Positions 15,774 through 24,811 of a DNA stretch of 33,300 nt are shown here, piece by piece. The notes beneath the pieces were generated by a model. That model was not told the DNA's origin. It ran no database searches and saw only the letters and a list, made by a program, of their open reading frames with translations. How positions within the stretch are numbered: position 1 is the stretch's first letter; the number at the start of each line of letters is the position of its first letter. The stretch is from a virus (Duplodnaviria; Caudoviricetes), in the IMG/VR virus record IMGVR_UViG_3300020045_017536, positions 1 through 33,300 of that record; one strand, given 5' to 3'. Made by a program: the position numbers and the translations under genes.

Positions 15774-16136
15774 CTACAGGGCCGCATTGACCTTGATCTT
15801 CATCTTCTGGGTGGACGAAAAGGGGAAGTGGTGGGTTTTGGTATCCGAAAAGGTCACCGTCCACTGGCCGAGATAATCATCCGCCGTATCGAGATTGGCC
15901 GCGGTAAAGACATACGCCAATCGAAAATCCCACGTCCCGTCCAGATGATCCACCAATTCCGTGACCGACCCGGCTGACCCGTTCACTTTCGTGGTCACGG
16001 TGCCGCCTTCGAGTTCTTCGGTGACCATTTTAAACGTACAGGTCGCCGCGGCGGGGTCTTTGGGGAAGTCCAAGATATCCAGGCGGATTTCTCTGGCGGT
16101 GTCGCCGGTAGTGGTGTCGTGGAAGGCGTCAGCCAT
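15774..16136 (-). CDS. BppU-N-like Ig-fold virion protein
   Basis: GDT...ATCTFKM...LAYVFTAANLDTADDYLGQWTVTFSDTKTHHFP. Confidence 0.6.
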   Translation of the reverse strand: MADAFHDTTTGDTAREIRLDILDFPKDPAAATCTFKMVTEELEGGTVTTKVNGSAGSVTELVDHLDGTWDFRLAYVFTAANLDTADDYLGQWTVTFSDTKTHHFPFSSTQKMKIKVNAAL

Positions 16137-16340
16137 TTAGGTGGGGTTCGCCCAGCGGATCGAGGGGGCGGAGGGGGTGCGGAGTTGAGGGGTGGTCATG
16201 CGGAGGGAGGCCGGGGTGTCGGTGGCCATGCGGGTCGTGTCCGTCTCGATCCCCATGGAGGGACTGCGGGGACTCCGCATCGTAAACTGTGCGGAGGGGG
16301 TGGATTGAGCGGACGGCACCATGAGGACGGTGAGATGCAT
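16137..16340 (-). CDS. Small Pro/Thr/Ser-rich protein
   Basis: Exactly fills the gap between neighbours (ATG 16340). Confidence 0.45.
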   Translation of the reverse strand: MHLTVLMVPSAQSTPSAQFTMRSPRSPSMGIETDTTRMATDTPASLRMTTPQLRTPSAPSIRWANPT

Positions 16341-16341
16341 G

Positions 16342-16662
16342 TTACTTCTTTTTCTCTCCGGCAAAGGCGGAGGCGGAGCGTAGCATGGAGAGCAGAGGAT
16401 TACTAATATCCAAAATAAACTGACGGTTCAAGATCGCCTGTTCCATGAGGGCTTGCCATTGGTCTTCGAAGACGAGTTCCGTGGCATCCTCTGGGAGGCT
16501 TTTGAGGTAGGTCAAGAGTTGTCCGGCCGTGAGATTTTCCTCGACGGATTTATTAAACGGGGCGAGTCCCACCGCTTGTTGAAGTGCTTTGAGAGGGGTG
16601 AGGGGGAGGACGTTCCCAGTGGTGGGATCCAGAAACTCCTTGGGGAGGGTGCAGGTTTTCAT
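16342..16662 (-). CDS. Hypothetical protein downstream of tail fibre (possible fibre chaperone)
   Basis: Position, and leader TTAACCTCTACGCC-ATG. Confidence 0.6.
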   Translation of the reverse strand: MKTCTLPKEFLDPTTGNVLPLTPLKALQQAVGLAPFNKSVEENLTAGQLLTYLKSLPEDATELVFEDQWQALMEQAILNRQFILDISNPLLSMLRSASAFAGEKKK

Positions 16663-16716
16663 GGCGTAGAGGTTAATGGTATCTCTACTGTATCAGATCA
16701 AATTGTCCAGTCAAGA

Positions 16717-19700
16717 TTAGGCAATCTTATAGGCGATCAGAAAACTGTTGGCGTAGACGGTGGCGAGATAGGCAGCGTTGGTGACTTTAAAGCGGATTTG
16801 TACCGTGCCCGCATTGGTACTATTGACCACCGTCCCACTCATATGGATCGCCCCTTCGGAGGTGTAGCTCTGAGAGAGGTTCGTCGTGGCTCCATCATCG
16901 GTGGTGAGGACTTCCTGAATAAGCGCGGTCGGGCCTGTGGTAGCGGAGAGCACAATCACTTTTAAGGTGGCCGACGCCGGGACATTCACCGCCGTTTCCA
17001 TCGCCCCAGCGGTGTTATCCAGATCAGTAAAGAGCGTGGCGTTAAACACCCAGACTTCACTCGCGCCGATGCTAAAGCTCAAGCCGGTGATATCCGTTAA
17101 GTTCCCATCCCCTTCGGTCACATCCCCTGTGGTTCTCACGACGGTCGCGCCAGCGGCGGCGGTTTGGAAGGTGGGCAGCGCACTCGCCCCATTGGAGGTC
17201 AAGACCTGCCCCGACGATCCCAGTCCGGCCACCGATTGCACGTCCCCAGTGGTCGTCGTGCCGCCACACAGGACAGCATACGCCGTCAGCGACGCCACCC
17301 CCGTCCCGCCATGGGCCACATCCACCACGGTGCCTTCCCAGACGCCCGTGCTCACCGTGCCGAGGGTCGTGAGATTGGTGGAGCCCGCCCAGGTCGAGAG
17401 GGCGGTATTTTCTACATTGCTATAGGTTTGAATCTTATCGTACACCGCGTTTTTCGTGGGCACTTCTTGACTTCCGTTCCAGCCCACCCCATATACTTCA
17501 TCCAGCACCGTGAGATCGCCATATCCGGTACTCCCGTCCGTAATCTGCAGAGTCGAGATCCCTCCACGTTTCAGTCCCGCATCTTGGCCAGCTCCAATCG
17601 AGACCGCCGCCCAACTCAAGACGGTGTTGGGTTGGAAATCCACGACGGTGCCTGTGTAGTACCCCAGAGCGGCATTGCCCAGAAACGCCCCCCCAGCCGC
17701 GTAGATCCGAGGATTCCCTCCGGCGGCGGTTTGCAGATAGATCAATCCCGACCCGGCGGCCAGCCGCATTTCCGCCCCCGCGCCGCCAAAGTAGAACCAA
17801 TTCTTACAGGTCAAGTCCCCATTATCTTCCACCGACAAGACTTCGGTGCCGTTGTTTTTAAATGAGGCAATCTTCGCCGTGGTCGTCAGGGTGTTGAGGG
17901 TATCAAACGTATACGCCACGGCACTCCCGCCATTCGCCACGTCGGGATTAAAGGTATAATCCGAGCCCGTCCCCCCAATCAGTGAATCGATGACACGGAT
18001 GGAGCCTCGCGTCACATGGGCGGTACTTTGGAGAGTAAGAATTTCACTGGCCGCCGTCCCCCCAATCAGGGTTTGACCAGTCGCACGGCCAGCCAACAAC
18101 GCATACTGGGTGTGGTCATCATCGGTTAACCCGGCCAAACCTCCGTGATCGGTGACGCCGGTCGCACCGAAGTTTTGCATAAACGCTGAAACAATCTCTT
18201 CCGCGGTCGCGTCACTCTTTTGAAACGTGAGCCGGGCAATCAACCGGCCATGGCTCATAATCCGGTTCGGCACCGTGGCCGGCGGTGTGCCTTCTGAGGC
18301 TTGGGCGCTGGTGGTGTATTGATTCTGGCCATACAGGACGACCAAATCCCCATCGCTTTCGAGATACAACCACAGGTTCGCATACCGTGCGGCGGTCATT
18401 GTTGCCAGTGTCCCGGAGCCATCGTCATATTGGGTATTCGGCCATTGGGTTTGACTCGCCACTTTCGTCCAGCCCCCGACGCCATCCCGATAATACAAGT
18501 CAAACGTATCACTGACGGAGGTATCGACGGCACTCACTGTCAGCTTCGTGAGGCCATACCACATCGCGCCTTCCGTGACCGTCAGATTCCGTGTCCCGGT
18601 TTCCCCGACTATAAGGCCGGTACTGTCATGCCGTTCGAATTTCATCGTCCCGATCATCTCTTGAATCATCATCGAGGCGTGGTCTCCGACGGCATGGGGG
18701 GCATTGAGAATCTGGAGTGCCCCGCCTTCATTGACGACATTTCCTAACGGGAAGTCGGTAAAGTAATTCCAATTCTCCGTCGTCCGCACGACGACTTGTG
18801 GACTCCCGACGTTATACTCCACGCCGATATACCGGATCGTATCTGTCGTAATGGCGAGGCCATTCGAGGCGCTCCAATCAAACCACAGGTCCGCGGCAGT
18901 CGCACTCGCCGAGGTGCGGATTAAGCCTGTTCCAGCCGTGACATTGATCGTCCCCCCTCCGGCATCACTCATCACCCCACCGGATGCCCAGCCCGCCGAA
19001 TGAAAGATATTTTGCATATCTTGGACGGTCGAATAGGTGGACGCCCCAACCCGAAGCATCGGGAGATCCGAGGCATCAATTTGATTGGCCCCCGATCCCC
19101 AATCCAGATGGGTGTCGTTAATACTATCCACTCTGACATCCGCGGTGATGGACGGCGTGCCGTCCGTATACGTCAAATCAATCGTCGCGGAATCGACGAG
19201 CATCCCCCCCACCGCGTCTTGGGCTTGTTCATCGGTGTACCCGGCAGGCGGAGCTTGCCATGTCCCCTCTCCGTTGGCATCAGTGGTCAAGACATACCCC
19301 GTGGTCGCCGCGACGTTCATCGTGAAACCGCCGGTCACCAAATTATTCACAATTTTCACATTGCCATTATTGAAATACCCCGCCCAGTTCACCAGTCCTC
19401 CTTGGGCGTCCCCGCGCATGCCGATCACGACACCGGTCGTATTCGCGCCTGAATCTTCCGCGAGACAATCCATCCCGATCAAGGTCAGGGCTGCCCCGCC
19501 ATCAGAGGTGGTGGTTTGGTACAACGCGCCCACCATCTCCACCGTGGCGGTGTTGATATTCACCGTATGGTGGACGAGAAGTCCGGCCTGATAACTGTTC
19601 GTCGTGGAGATGCGATTGATTTCCACCTGCATCCGCGTGTCCGGGGTGGTGGTGCCGAAGCCCCAGATCCCCAGATCCTCCCGATAGACGGAATTATTCC

Positions 19701-20529
19701 CAAAATAGATCTTGCCTTTCGTGGCGTGGGCGGTACTCCCGACCGTCAGGTTCCCGCCTGATGCGGTATCCCCATAGAGGGTTTGTCCGCCCGCGCGTCC
19801 GGCTAAACGGGCATAGCCCACATGATCGTCATCGGTGAGTCCTGCGAGCCCCCCATGATCCAGGCTTCCCACCACGACATTCCCCGTCAGGGTGTTGGCG
19901 GTATCATCATACGTCCACGTCAAGGCGGTGCCGTTCTGAATCAAGGCCGCCACCCGATCATCCACCCGTTCATCGGTATAATAGAGGTTCGTCCCTTCTG
20001 AAAGATTCGTCGTGCTCTTCGCACTGAAGGCGGTATCAAAGCGGGTTTGCGTGTAATACAAATTCGTCCCTTCGGGGAGGTCGGTGGTACTGCGCGTCCC
20101 GAGCCAGGTCAGCGCTCGACTATCATTGTGATATTGCGTCAACCAATCCGTACTGTAATCAATGTATGACGTGACGCCTGCGCCATTAAACGCCGCGAGT
20201 CGGGAGGCCGTGCCCGTATGCCCCGAACTCGTCCAGGCGAGATTGGAGAGCAAGGTATGATCGCTCACCCCGAAGGAGAGCGTTTTAATCACGGGGACAT
20301 TGGTTTCCCATTTCGTCGTGGGCTCAGCCCCGCTATCCGTAATCCGGACATCATACATCCCTTGGGGGACGACGGGACTGACATCCCAGTCCACTTCTCC
20401 CAGGGTGTTGGTGGTCTTGGTATAGAGCGCCGCGCCAGGACTGGATTGATTCACCCCCGGGGTGAAGAGCTCAATCGTTTTCGTGACGCGGACATTGCCT
20501 GTTTGGTCAATGAGTCCGTAGAAAGACAT
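16717..20529 (-). CDS. Tail fibre / receptor-binding protein (1270 aa)
   Basis: G/T/A/S-rich, with internal repeats DHGGLAGLTDDDH x2, STTxLxEGTNLYYT x2 and YTDE-helix x2, plus VAHGGTG and GQVLTSNG fibre motifs. Confidence 0.85.
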   Translation of the reverse strand: MSFYGLIDQTGNVRVTKTIELFTPGVNQSSPGAALYTKTTNTLGEVDWDVSPVVPQGMYDVRITDSGAEPTTKWETNVPVIKTLSFGVSDHTLLSNLAWTSSGHTGTASRLAAFNGAGVTSYIDYSTDWLTQYHNDSRALTWLGTRSTTDLPEGTNLYYTQTRFDTAFSAKSTTNLSEGTNLYYTDERVDDRVAALIQNGTALTWTYDDTANTLTGNVVVGSLDHGGLAGLTDDDHVGYARLAGRAGGQTLYGDTASGGNLTVGSTAHATKGKIYFGNNSVYREDLGIWGFGTTTPDTRMQVEINRISTTNSYQAGLLVHHTVNINTATVEMVGALYQTTTSDGGAALTLIGMDCLAEDSGANTTGVVIGMRGDAQGGLVNWAGYFNNGNVKIVNNLVTGGFTMNVAATTGYVLTTDANGEGTWQAPPAGYTDEQAQDAVGGMLVDSATIDLTYTDGTPSITADVRVDSINDTHLDWGSGANQIDASDLPMLRVGASTYSTVQDMQNIFHSAGWASGGVMSDAGGGTINVTAGTGLIRTSASATAADLWFDWSASNGLAITTDTIRYIGVEYNVGSPQVVVRTTENWNYFTDFPLGNVVNEGGALQILNAPHAVGDHASMMIQEMIGTMKFERHDSTGLIVGETGTRNLTVTEGAMWYGLTKLTVSAVDTSVSDTFDLYYRDGVGGWTKVASQTQWPNTQYDDGSGTLATMTAARYANLWLYLESDGDLVVLYGQNQYTTSAQASEGTPPATVPNRIMSHGRLIARLTFQKSDATAEEIVSAFMQNFGATGVTDHGGLAGLTDDDHTQYALLAGRATGQTLIGGTAASEILTLQSTAHVTRGSIRVIDSLIGGTGSDYTFNPDVANGGSAVAYTFDTLNTLTTTAKIASFKNNGTEVLSVEDNGDLTCKNWFYFGGAGAEMRLAAGSGLIYLQTAAGGNPRIYAAGGAFLGNAALGYYTGTVVDFQPNTVLSWAAVSIGAGQDAGLKRGGISTLQITDGSTGYGDLTVLDEVYGVGWNGSQEVPTKNAVYDKIQTYSNVENTALSTWAGSTNLTTLGTVSTGVWEGTVVDVAHGGTGVASLTAYAVLCGGTTTTGDVQSVAGLGSSGQVLTSNGASALPTFQTAAAGATVVRTTGDVTEGDGNLTDITGLSFSIGASEVWVFNATLFTDLDNTAGAMETAVNVPASATLKVIVLSATTGPTALIQEVLTTDDGATTNLSQSYTSEGAIHMSGTVVNSTNAGTVQIRFKVTNAAYLATVYANSFLIAYKIA

Positions 20530-20530
20530 G

Positions 20531-20650
20531 TTAGTGGGTCATAAGGGCGAAGACCAGCCCAAGCAAAACTCCAACCAGGAAGAAACAGCATCCCCACTTA
20601 TTGGTGGGACGCACTATTTTCAGGGTCAGTGGCGGCGGGGTTGGTGACAT
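20531..20650 (-). CDS. Small single-TM peptide overlapping the holin 3' end
   Basis: Hand translation MSPTPPPLTLKIVRPTNKWGCCFFLVGVLLGLVFALMTH. Confidence 0.35.
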   Translation of the reverse strand: MSPTPPPLTLKIVRPTNKWGCCFFLVGVLLGLVFALMTH

Positions 20651-20897
20651 CCATCTTCGTCGAGGCAATGGATTGCGCCGAGGAATAGAGTAGGGTGGCA
20701 CTCAATCCTGCTAAGACGCCCATGCCGGCCCGTTGAGAGAGTGCTGGGAGTGTCCAGGCTTCAGTGCTCAGGATGGCCGCGACGACCGCCAGCGCAATGC
20801 AGGTGGCTTTGTAGAGGTTCGAGGGATAGGCGGGAAAGGTTTCACGGATCAGTTGGGTAAAGGCCACAGCCACGGCACCAATTTGAATCGAGTCCAT
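20598..20897 (-). CDS. Holin-like membrane protein
   Basis: 2-3 hydrophobic helices and GVLAGLSATLLYS motif, adjacent to the endolysin. Confidence 0.7.
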   Translation of the reverse strand: MDSIQIGAVAVAFTQLIRETFPAYPSNLYKATCIALAVVAAILSTEAWTLPALSQRAGMGVLAGLSATLLYSSAQSIASTKMDVTNPAATDPENSASHQ

Positions 20898-20908
20898 ATA
20901 AGAGGGGG

Positions 20909-21460
20909 TTAAAGGTGATGAAACTTACGGTATTCAAAGATCGCATAGGTATCTGTCGTCAGCGGGGTATTCCGTTGCGTAAACTCAGAGTACACTTGTT
21001 CATCTTTCATCCATTGAAAGGAAATATCTGCTTCTGAGGGCGGGGTGGGTTTCGGATCGAACAAGCGAAATGACACAATCGGATAGGGGTTCACTTTCTC
21101 TCTCCCGTCGAGGGGATCCAAGATCAGGTCATCGTGGCCTAGGTATACCGTGAAGTGCTGAGGGTAGTACGGCGCAAATTTGTTCGTCTCCATGATACAC
21201 GGGGTCGTGGGATACGGGAGGGCGGCATTCACTCTGCCATGAAAGTTCAGCCCCAGAATCTCACTCGCCTTTTGAGAGATCATCATATTCCCGTTCGCAT
21301 ACCCGCCGCCGTCGGTCAGAAGTTTGTTCGCGTCAGGCGGCAGCATGTTCGCCAGCATGCTCAGTGAGACGAGAAAACAACCATTTTGCCCTATCGTCGT
21401 ATTGGATGTACCGAGTTTGACGTTTGCCCATTTCGGATCTTTTTGAGAAAAGCGTTGCAT
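20909..21460 (-). CDS. Endolysin candidate, C39-like papain-fold peptidase
   Basis: FSQKDPKW...TIGQNGCFLVSLSM...QHFTV...ILDP gives a Cys-His-Asp triad. Confidence 0.75.
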   Translation of the reverse strand: MQRFSQKDPKWANVKLGTSNTTIGQNGCFLVSLSMLANMLPPDANKLLTDGGGYANGNMMISQKASEILGLNFHGRVNAALPYPTTPCIMETNKFAPYYPQHFTVYLGHDDLILDPLDGREKVNPYPIVSFRLFDPKPTPPSEADISFQWMKDEQVYSEFTQRNTPLTTDTYAIFEYRKFHHL

Positions 21461-21472
21461 AGGCGTAGGGGG

Positions 21473-22138
21473 TTACAAAATGCGTGAGGTTTTCATTCTT
21501 AATGTCCTGGGGATTTTGATGAGGTGCGTGGCCGCGGTCGCAGAGCGGATACCAAAGAAGAGATGGCCAATATCTGACACGTACGGCAGGTTCGTCGTAT
21601 GATCAAATTTTTCTACATGATTGACATAAAACTTCACGGATGAAATAGGGTTTCCTGACATGACAATCTTGAAGGTATTAAACGCCCCTAGGGTAATCCC
21701 GGTAATCGTATTCGTCGTTTGGGTCGTCCCACTCGCTGTGGAGGATTTGAGTGTCCCGTCCTCCACACAAAACGCGGCATGCGCGGTCGTCGCGGTGGAG
21801 TTGACTGGGACCGTCGAGGCAAAGGCTCCCGTTAAACTCGCGAGCCCCATCCAGGCATCTTGATTTGTCGTCCCATCAAAATAGGCGACGAATTCTAGTA
21901 CATTCGTGTAGGTGGGATAGAAGTAGGTTTCAGAGGAGACATTCGTTGTTTGGAGAATGGCGTCCTCATTAGTCGTAGAGGAAATGAGGTTCCGTTCAAA
22001 AATCGTGTTGGTGGCGGTCGAGCCCCCATCCAGGACGGTATCAAAATCCCCGATATCTAAAATAATATCCCAGATCGTATTGTTATATTGGACGGCGGTC
22101 GCTGTATCGCCTGCCGCGACTTCTCGTGAAACTGCCAT
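21473..22138 (-). CDS. Minor tail protein, lectin/jelly-roll-like
   Basis: Beta-rich with FNTFKIV...VKFYVN...HTTNLP pattern, within the tail module. Confidence 0.6.
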   Translation of the reverse strand: MAVSREVAAGDTATAVQYNNTIWDIILDIGDFDTVLDGGSTATNTIFERNLISSTTNEDAILQTTNVSSETYFYPTYTNVLEFVAYFDGTTNQDAWMGLASLTGAFASTVPVNSTATTAHAAFCVEDGTLKSSTASGTTQTTNTITGITLGAFNTFKIVMSGNPISSVKFYVNHVEKFDHTTNLPYVSDIGHLFFGIRSATAATHLIKIPRTLRMKTSRIL

Positions 22139-22142
22139 AGAA

Positions 22143-22622
22143 TTAGGTTATCGTAAATTGGACTTGCAAGGTCATTGTTTCTGACGAGGTCTTCGTTTCG
22201 GTAATCGCCACCAGGCTATAGAGTGTGCCGGTGTTGGATGAGGCCGTGGCCGTGGCCGCCGCCCCATTGCCAAAGGCTCCCATGTTGGTGAGCGTGCCAT
22301 TCCCTGTCGCGGAGTTAAAAAAGGCTTGAAGCGTGGCGACATTCGAGGACGCCGTATTCGAGGAGACGGCCACACGGGCCAGTTCAGTAGAAAGGGTCGT
22401 TGCCCCGACAGCAGGAGCTGTTGCGCCTGTGCCGACGGCGAGATAGGTCACAATGACTTGGGTGGAATTTGTTCCAGCGAGCTGTTGGGCGAGGGCATAT
22501 TTCCCTACACTTGGGGTCAGGTTTTCATAGACAGAGCGTCGCAGTTCCTTGCCATCAAGATCATGGAAGATCAGCGTATAGATGCCTTTCATGCTCAGTA
22601 CTTCTGATTGTTCTATTGGCAT
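22143..22622 (-). CDS. Tail tip/collar-type protein
   Basis: ENL...VGK...YLAVGTGATAP...TTLSTELAR...GTLTNMGAF...KTSSETMT. Start at ATG 22622. Confidence 0.7.
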   Translation of the reverse strand: MPIEQSEVLSMKGIYTLIFHDLDGKELRRSVYENLTPSVGKYALAQQLAGTNSTQVIVTYLAVGTGATAPAVGATTLSTELARVAVSSNTASSNVATLQAFFNSATGNGTLTNMGAFGNGAAATATASSNTGTLYSLVAITETKTSSETMTLQVQFTIT

Positions 22623-22636
22623 AAGTAGGAATTGTG

Positions 22637-24811
22637 TCAAGACCATTGCGAGAAGTTCCAGACGAGCGGGTGGGCATCGGCGCCCCATTTATAGACCAAG
22701 TTACTATCCGTGGTCAGACTACTACTTTCCGTCATGGTATAGGTCTCAGAATCGGTTTGGATAATCCCGACGGTCTGGCCTGCATCAATTTGAAGGTCTT
22801 TATCTAATAAGTAGTTTAGCAGGTCTTCCATCCCGTACAAACTGGAGGCACAGGTGACACGATATGTCCACGCTTCCCGTTCAAATAACGTCTTCTCAAT
22901 GCGCTGAATGAGAAATGACTCTGCCGTATACCCATAGAGTGAAGAGGTATAGGACAGGGTCTGCCCAATCTCTAAGCCCATGACGTTGGTCGTAAACTCC
23001 AGCGTGACAATCGCATTGGCATAGATATTTAAATACCCGTTGGCATACTCAAAGGCTTGGGAGGTCGAGCGGATTTTACTGTCAATAATGGCATGCTCAA
23101 AGACCCCATCCCCGCCAGTCAGTGCCGCCATGGCCGCGATACTTGGACCATTTTCGGCTTTCACGAGAATCGGTTTTTCGAAGGTATAGGTTTGCTTCAG
23201 AAGCGTCGTGGCCGAGGGGGTGCTATCCGTCCCTTTCTCAATGTACTTTTCTTTCGGGTTCATCATCCACTGAAAAGAGGCCGGATCATCCACCCCAATA
23301 ATCCCTACCGTGCGGCTTGTATACCCACCCCCGGTATTCACATCGAGGGTAAAATCATAAATGGCTTCATCATTGTCATTGACCCCAATCGTGCGGGGGC
23401 TTTCCTTAATCGTAAAAATCGTATCTGTCCCGTTCGCGAGATAAATATCGGTTTGGGTACTACTGGCTTCCGTCCCTCCACGGACATAGACCGTATTCAC
23501 GAGCTGACTCACATCAGGGGTGACCCGGACACTCCCAAAATTATAAGAGGTATCTGTGAGGGTAAACGGCGCAGGGGTATCATTCGACTCAAAAAAATGC
23601 AGGTCTTGGTCATAATCGAGATACCATTTCCAACTAATCGTACTCGCCAGCGCATCAATCACTGCCGTTGGAGGTTTAAAGGAGAACCGCACATCATCCA
23701 TCGTCGGGGTCGAAAGTGTAATGTGTTTAAACGTAAAGGAGTTATCAGCCATAATGCGGAGCCCGTCGATTAAGAGTGAAGATGTCCCTGTCTCGGCGAC
23801 GGTCACCCGTGCATAATCGAGCGCAGTCCAATCAGGCGTCCCCAAAAGCGTCATCGAGGTCAGTGGGATATAGAGCTGTTGCCACTCATTCGTGGCTTGC
23901 AGTTCATACGGATTAAAAGACAGGGCTAAAAAGATATTATGCGAGGACGCACTGCCAACCCGTAAGGTCACGGTCGTGATCGTGGTGTAGTCGCTGAATT
24001 TAATCCAGCAGGAAAGATAGCCTTTCGTGACTGCCCCGGAGGTCGCCCCGGTGAGCAAGCTGGCATCAACTGATGTCGTCGTGGCCGTAAAGGTGGCTGT
24101 CCCCGACCCCGTCCAGCCAAAGGAGGCCGCAATACTTCCTTCCTGATAATCTGCCGTAGAACGGGTCGGGTTCGTGCCTGTGCCTGTTTCAATCCAGACC
24201 GCCTGCAGCGCGGCGGCATCGGCATACTCAAAGCCATCGACTTCCGCGCTGACATTCACAAATTTTTGAATCCCATCAATCAAAATCCAGCGGACAGTTT
24301 TCTCGGTATAAGTATCATTCCAGAGCTTCCGGTTCATCTTTTTGGCATACTCGACACACTCAAGCGTCACGACCAAGTAACTTGTATTCTGCTCAGGATT
24401 TTCACAGGCCACTTTCGTAATCGTCCCGCCAAAGACCTTCCGGCCAACCAGGGTGCCCGCCGCGTGGGATTGGGTTTCGACTGCCGTGACGGAAGTACTC
24501 GTCACCGCCGTGAGGACGACGGGCTCTTCGACGCTTAACGTCGGTCCTAAGACTACCGTATCCCCGACCCGAAAGCGGCTAATAATCGATTGGTCATCGG
24601 CAAAGGTAAAGGTTTTCGAGCCTGCCCCGGTGGTGGCGGCGAGGGTAGAGACCCCATCATAAATTTCAATATCTTCTCCTTCGGTCGGGACAAAGTTTTC
24701 CAGGGACACGGTCGCGGTATTACTCTGTCCGCCGAGCTGTTCGAAAATCCGTATCCCATCCCAGGAAACTTTATTCGTCCGGTCGGTGCCATTGATAAAG
24801 ACTTGATACAT
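22637..24811 (-). CDS. Tail tip/hub protein with inserted carbohydrate-binding-like domain
   Basis: Directly after the tape measure gene. WYLDYDQDLHFF and NTVYVRGG hub-type motifs. Confidence 0.7.
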   Translation of the reverse strand: MYQVFINGTDRTNKVSWDGIRIFEQLGGQSNTATVSLENFVPTEGEDIEIYDGVSTLAATTGAGSKTFTFADDQSIISRFRVGDTVVLGPTLSVEEPVVLTAVTSTSVTAVETQSHAAGTLVGRKVFGGTITKVACENPEQNTSYLVVTLECVEYAKKMNRKLWNDTYTEKTVRWILIDGIQKFVNVSAEVDGFEYADAAALQAVWIETGTGTNPTRSTADYQEGSIAASFGWTGSGTATFTATTTSVDASLLTGATSGAVTKGYLSCWIKFSDYTTITTVTLRVGSASSHNIFLALSFNPYELQATNEWQQLYIPLTSMTLLGTPDWTALDYARVTVAETGTSSLLIDGLRIMADNSFTFKHITLSTPTMDDVRFSFKPPTAVIDALASTISWKWYLDYDQDLHFFESNDTPAPFTLTDTSYNFGSVRVTPDVSQLVNTVYVRGGTEASSTQTDIYLANGTDTIFTIKESPRTIGVNDNDEAIYDFTLDVNTGGGYTSRTVGIIGVDDPASFQWMMNPKEKYIEKGTDSTPSATTLLKQTYTFEKPILVKAENGPSIAAMAALTGGDGVFEHAIIDSKIRSTSQAFEYANGYLNIYANAIVTLEFTTNVMGLEIGQTLSYTSSLYGYTAESFLIQRIEKTLFEREAWTYRVTCASSLYGMEDLLNYLLDKDLQIDAGQTVGIIQTDSETYTMTESSSLTTDSNLVYKWGADAHPLVWNFSQWS

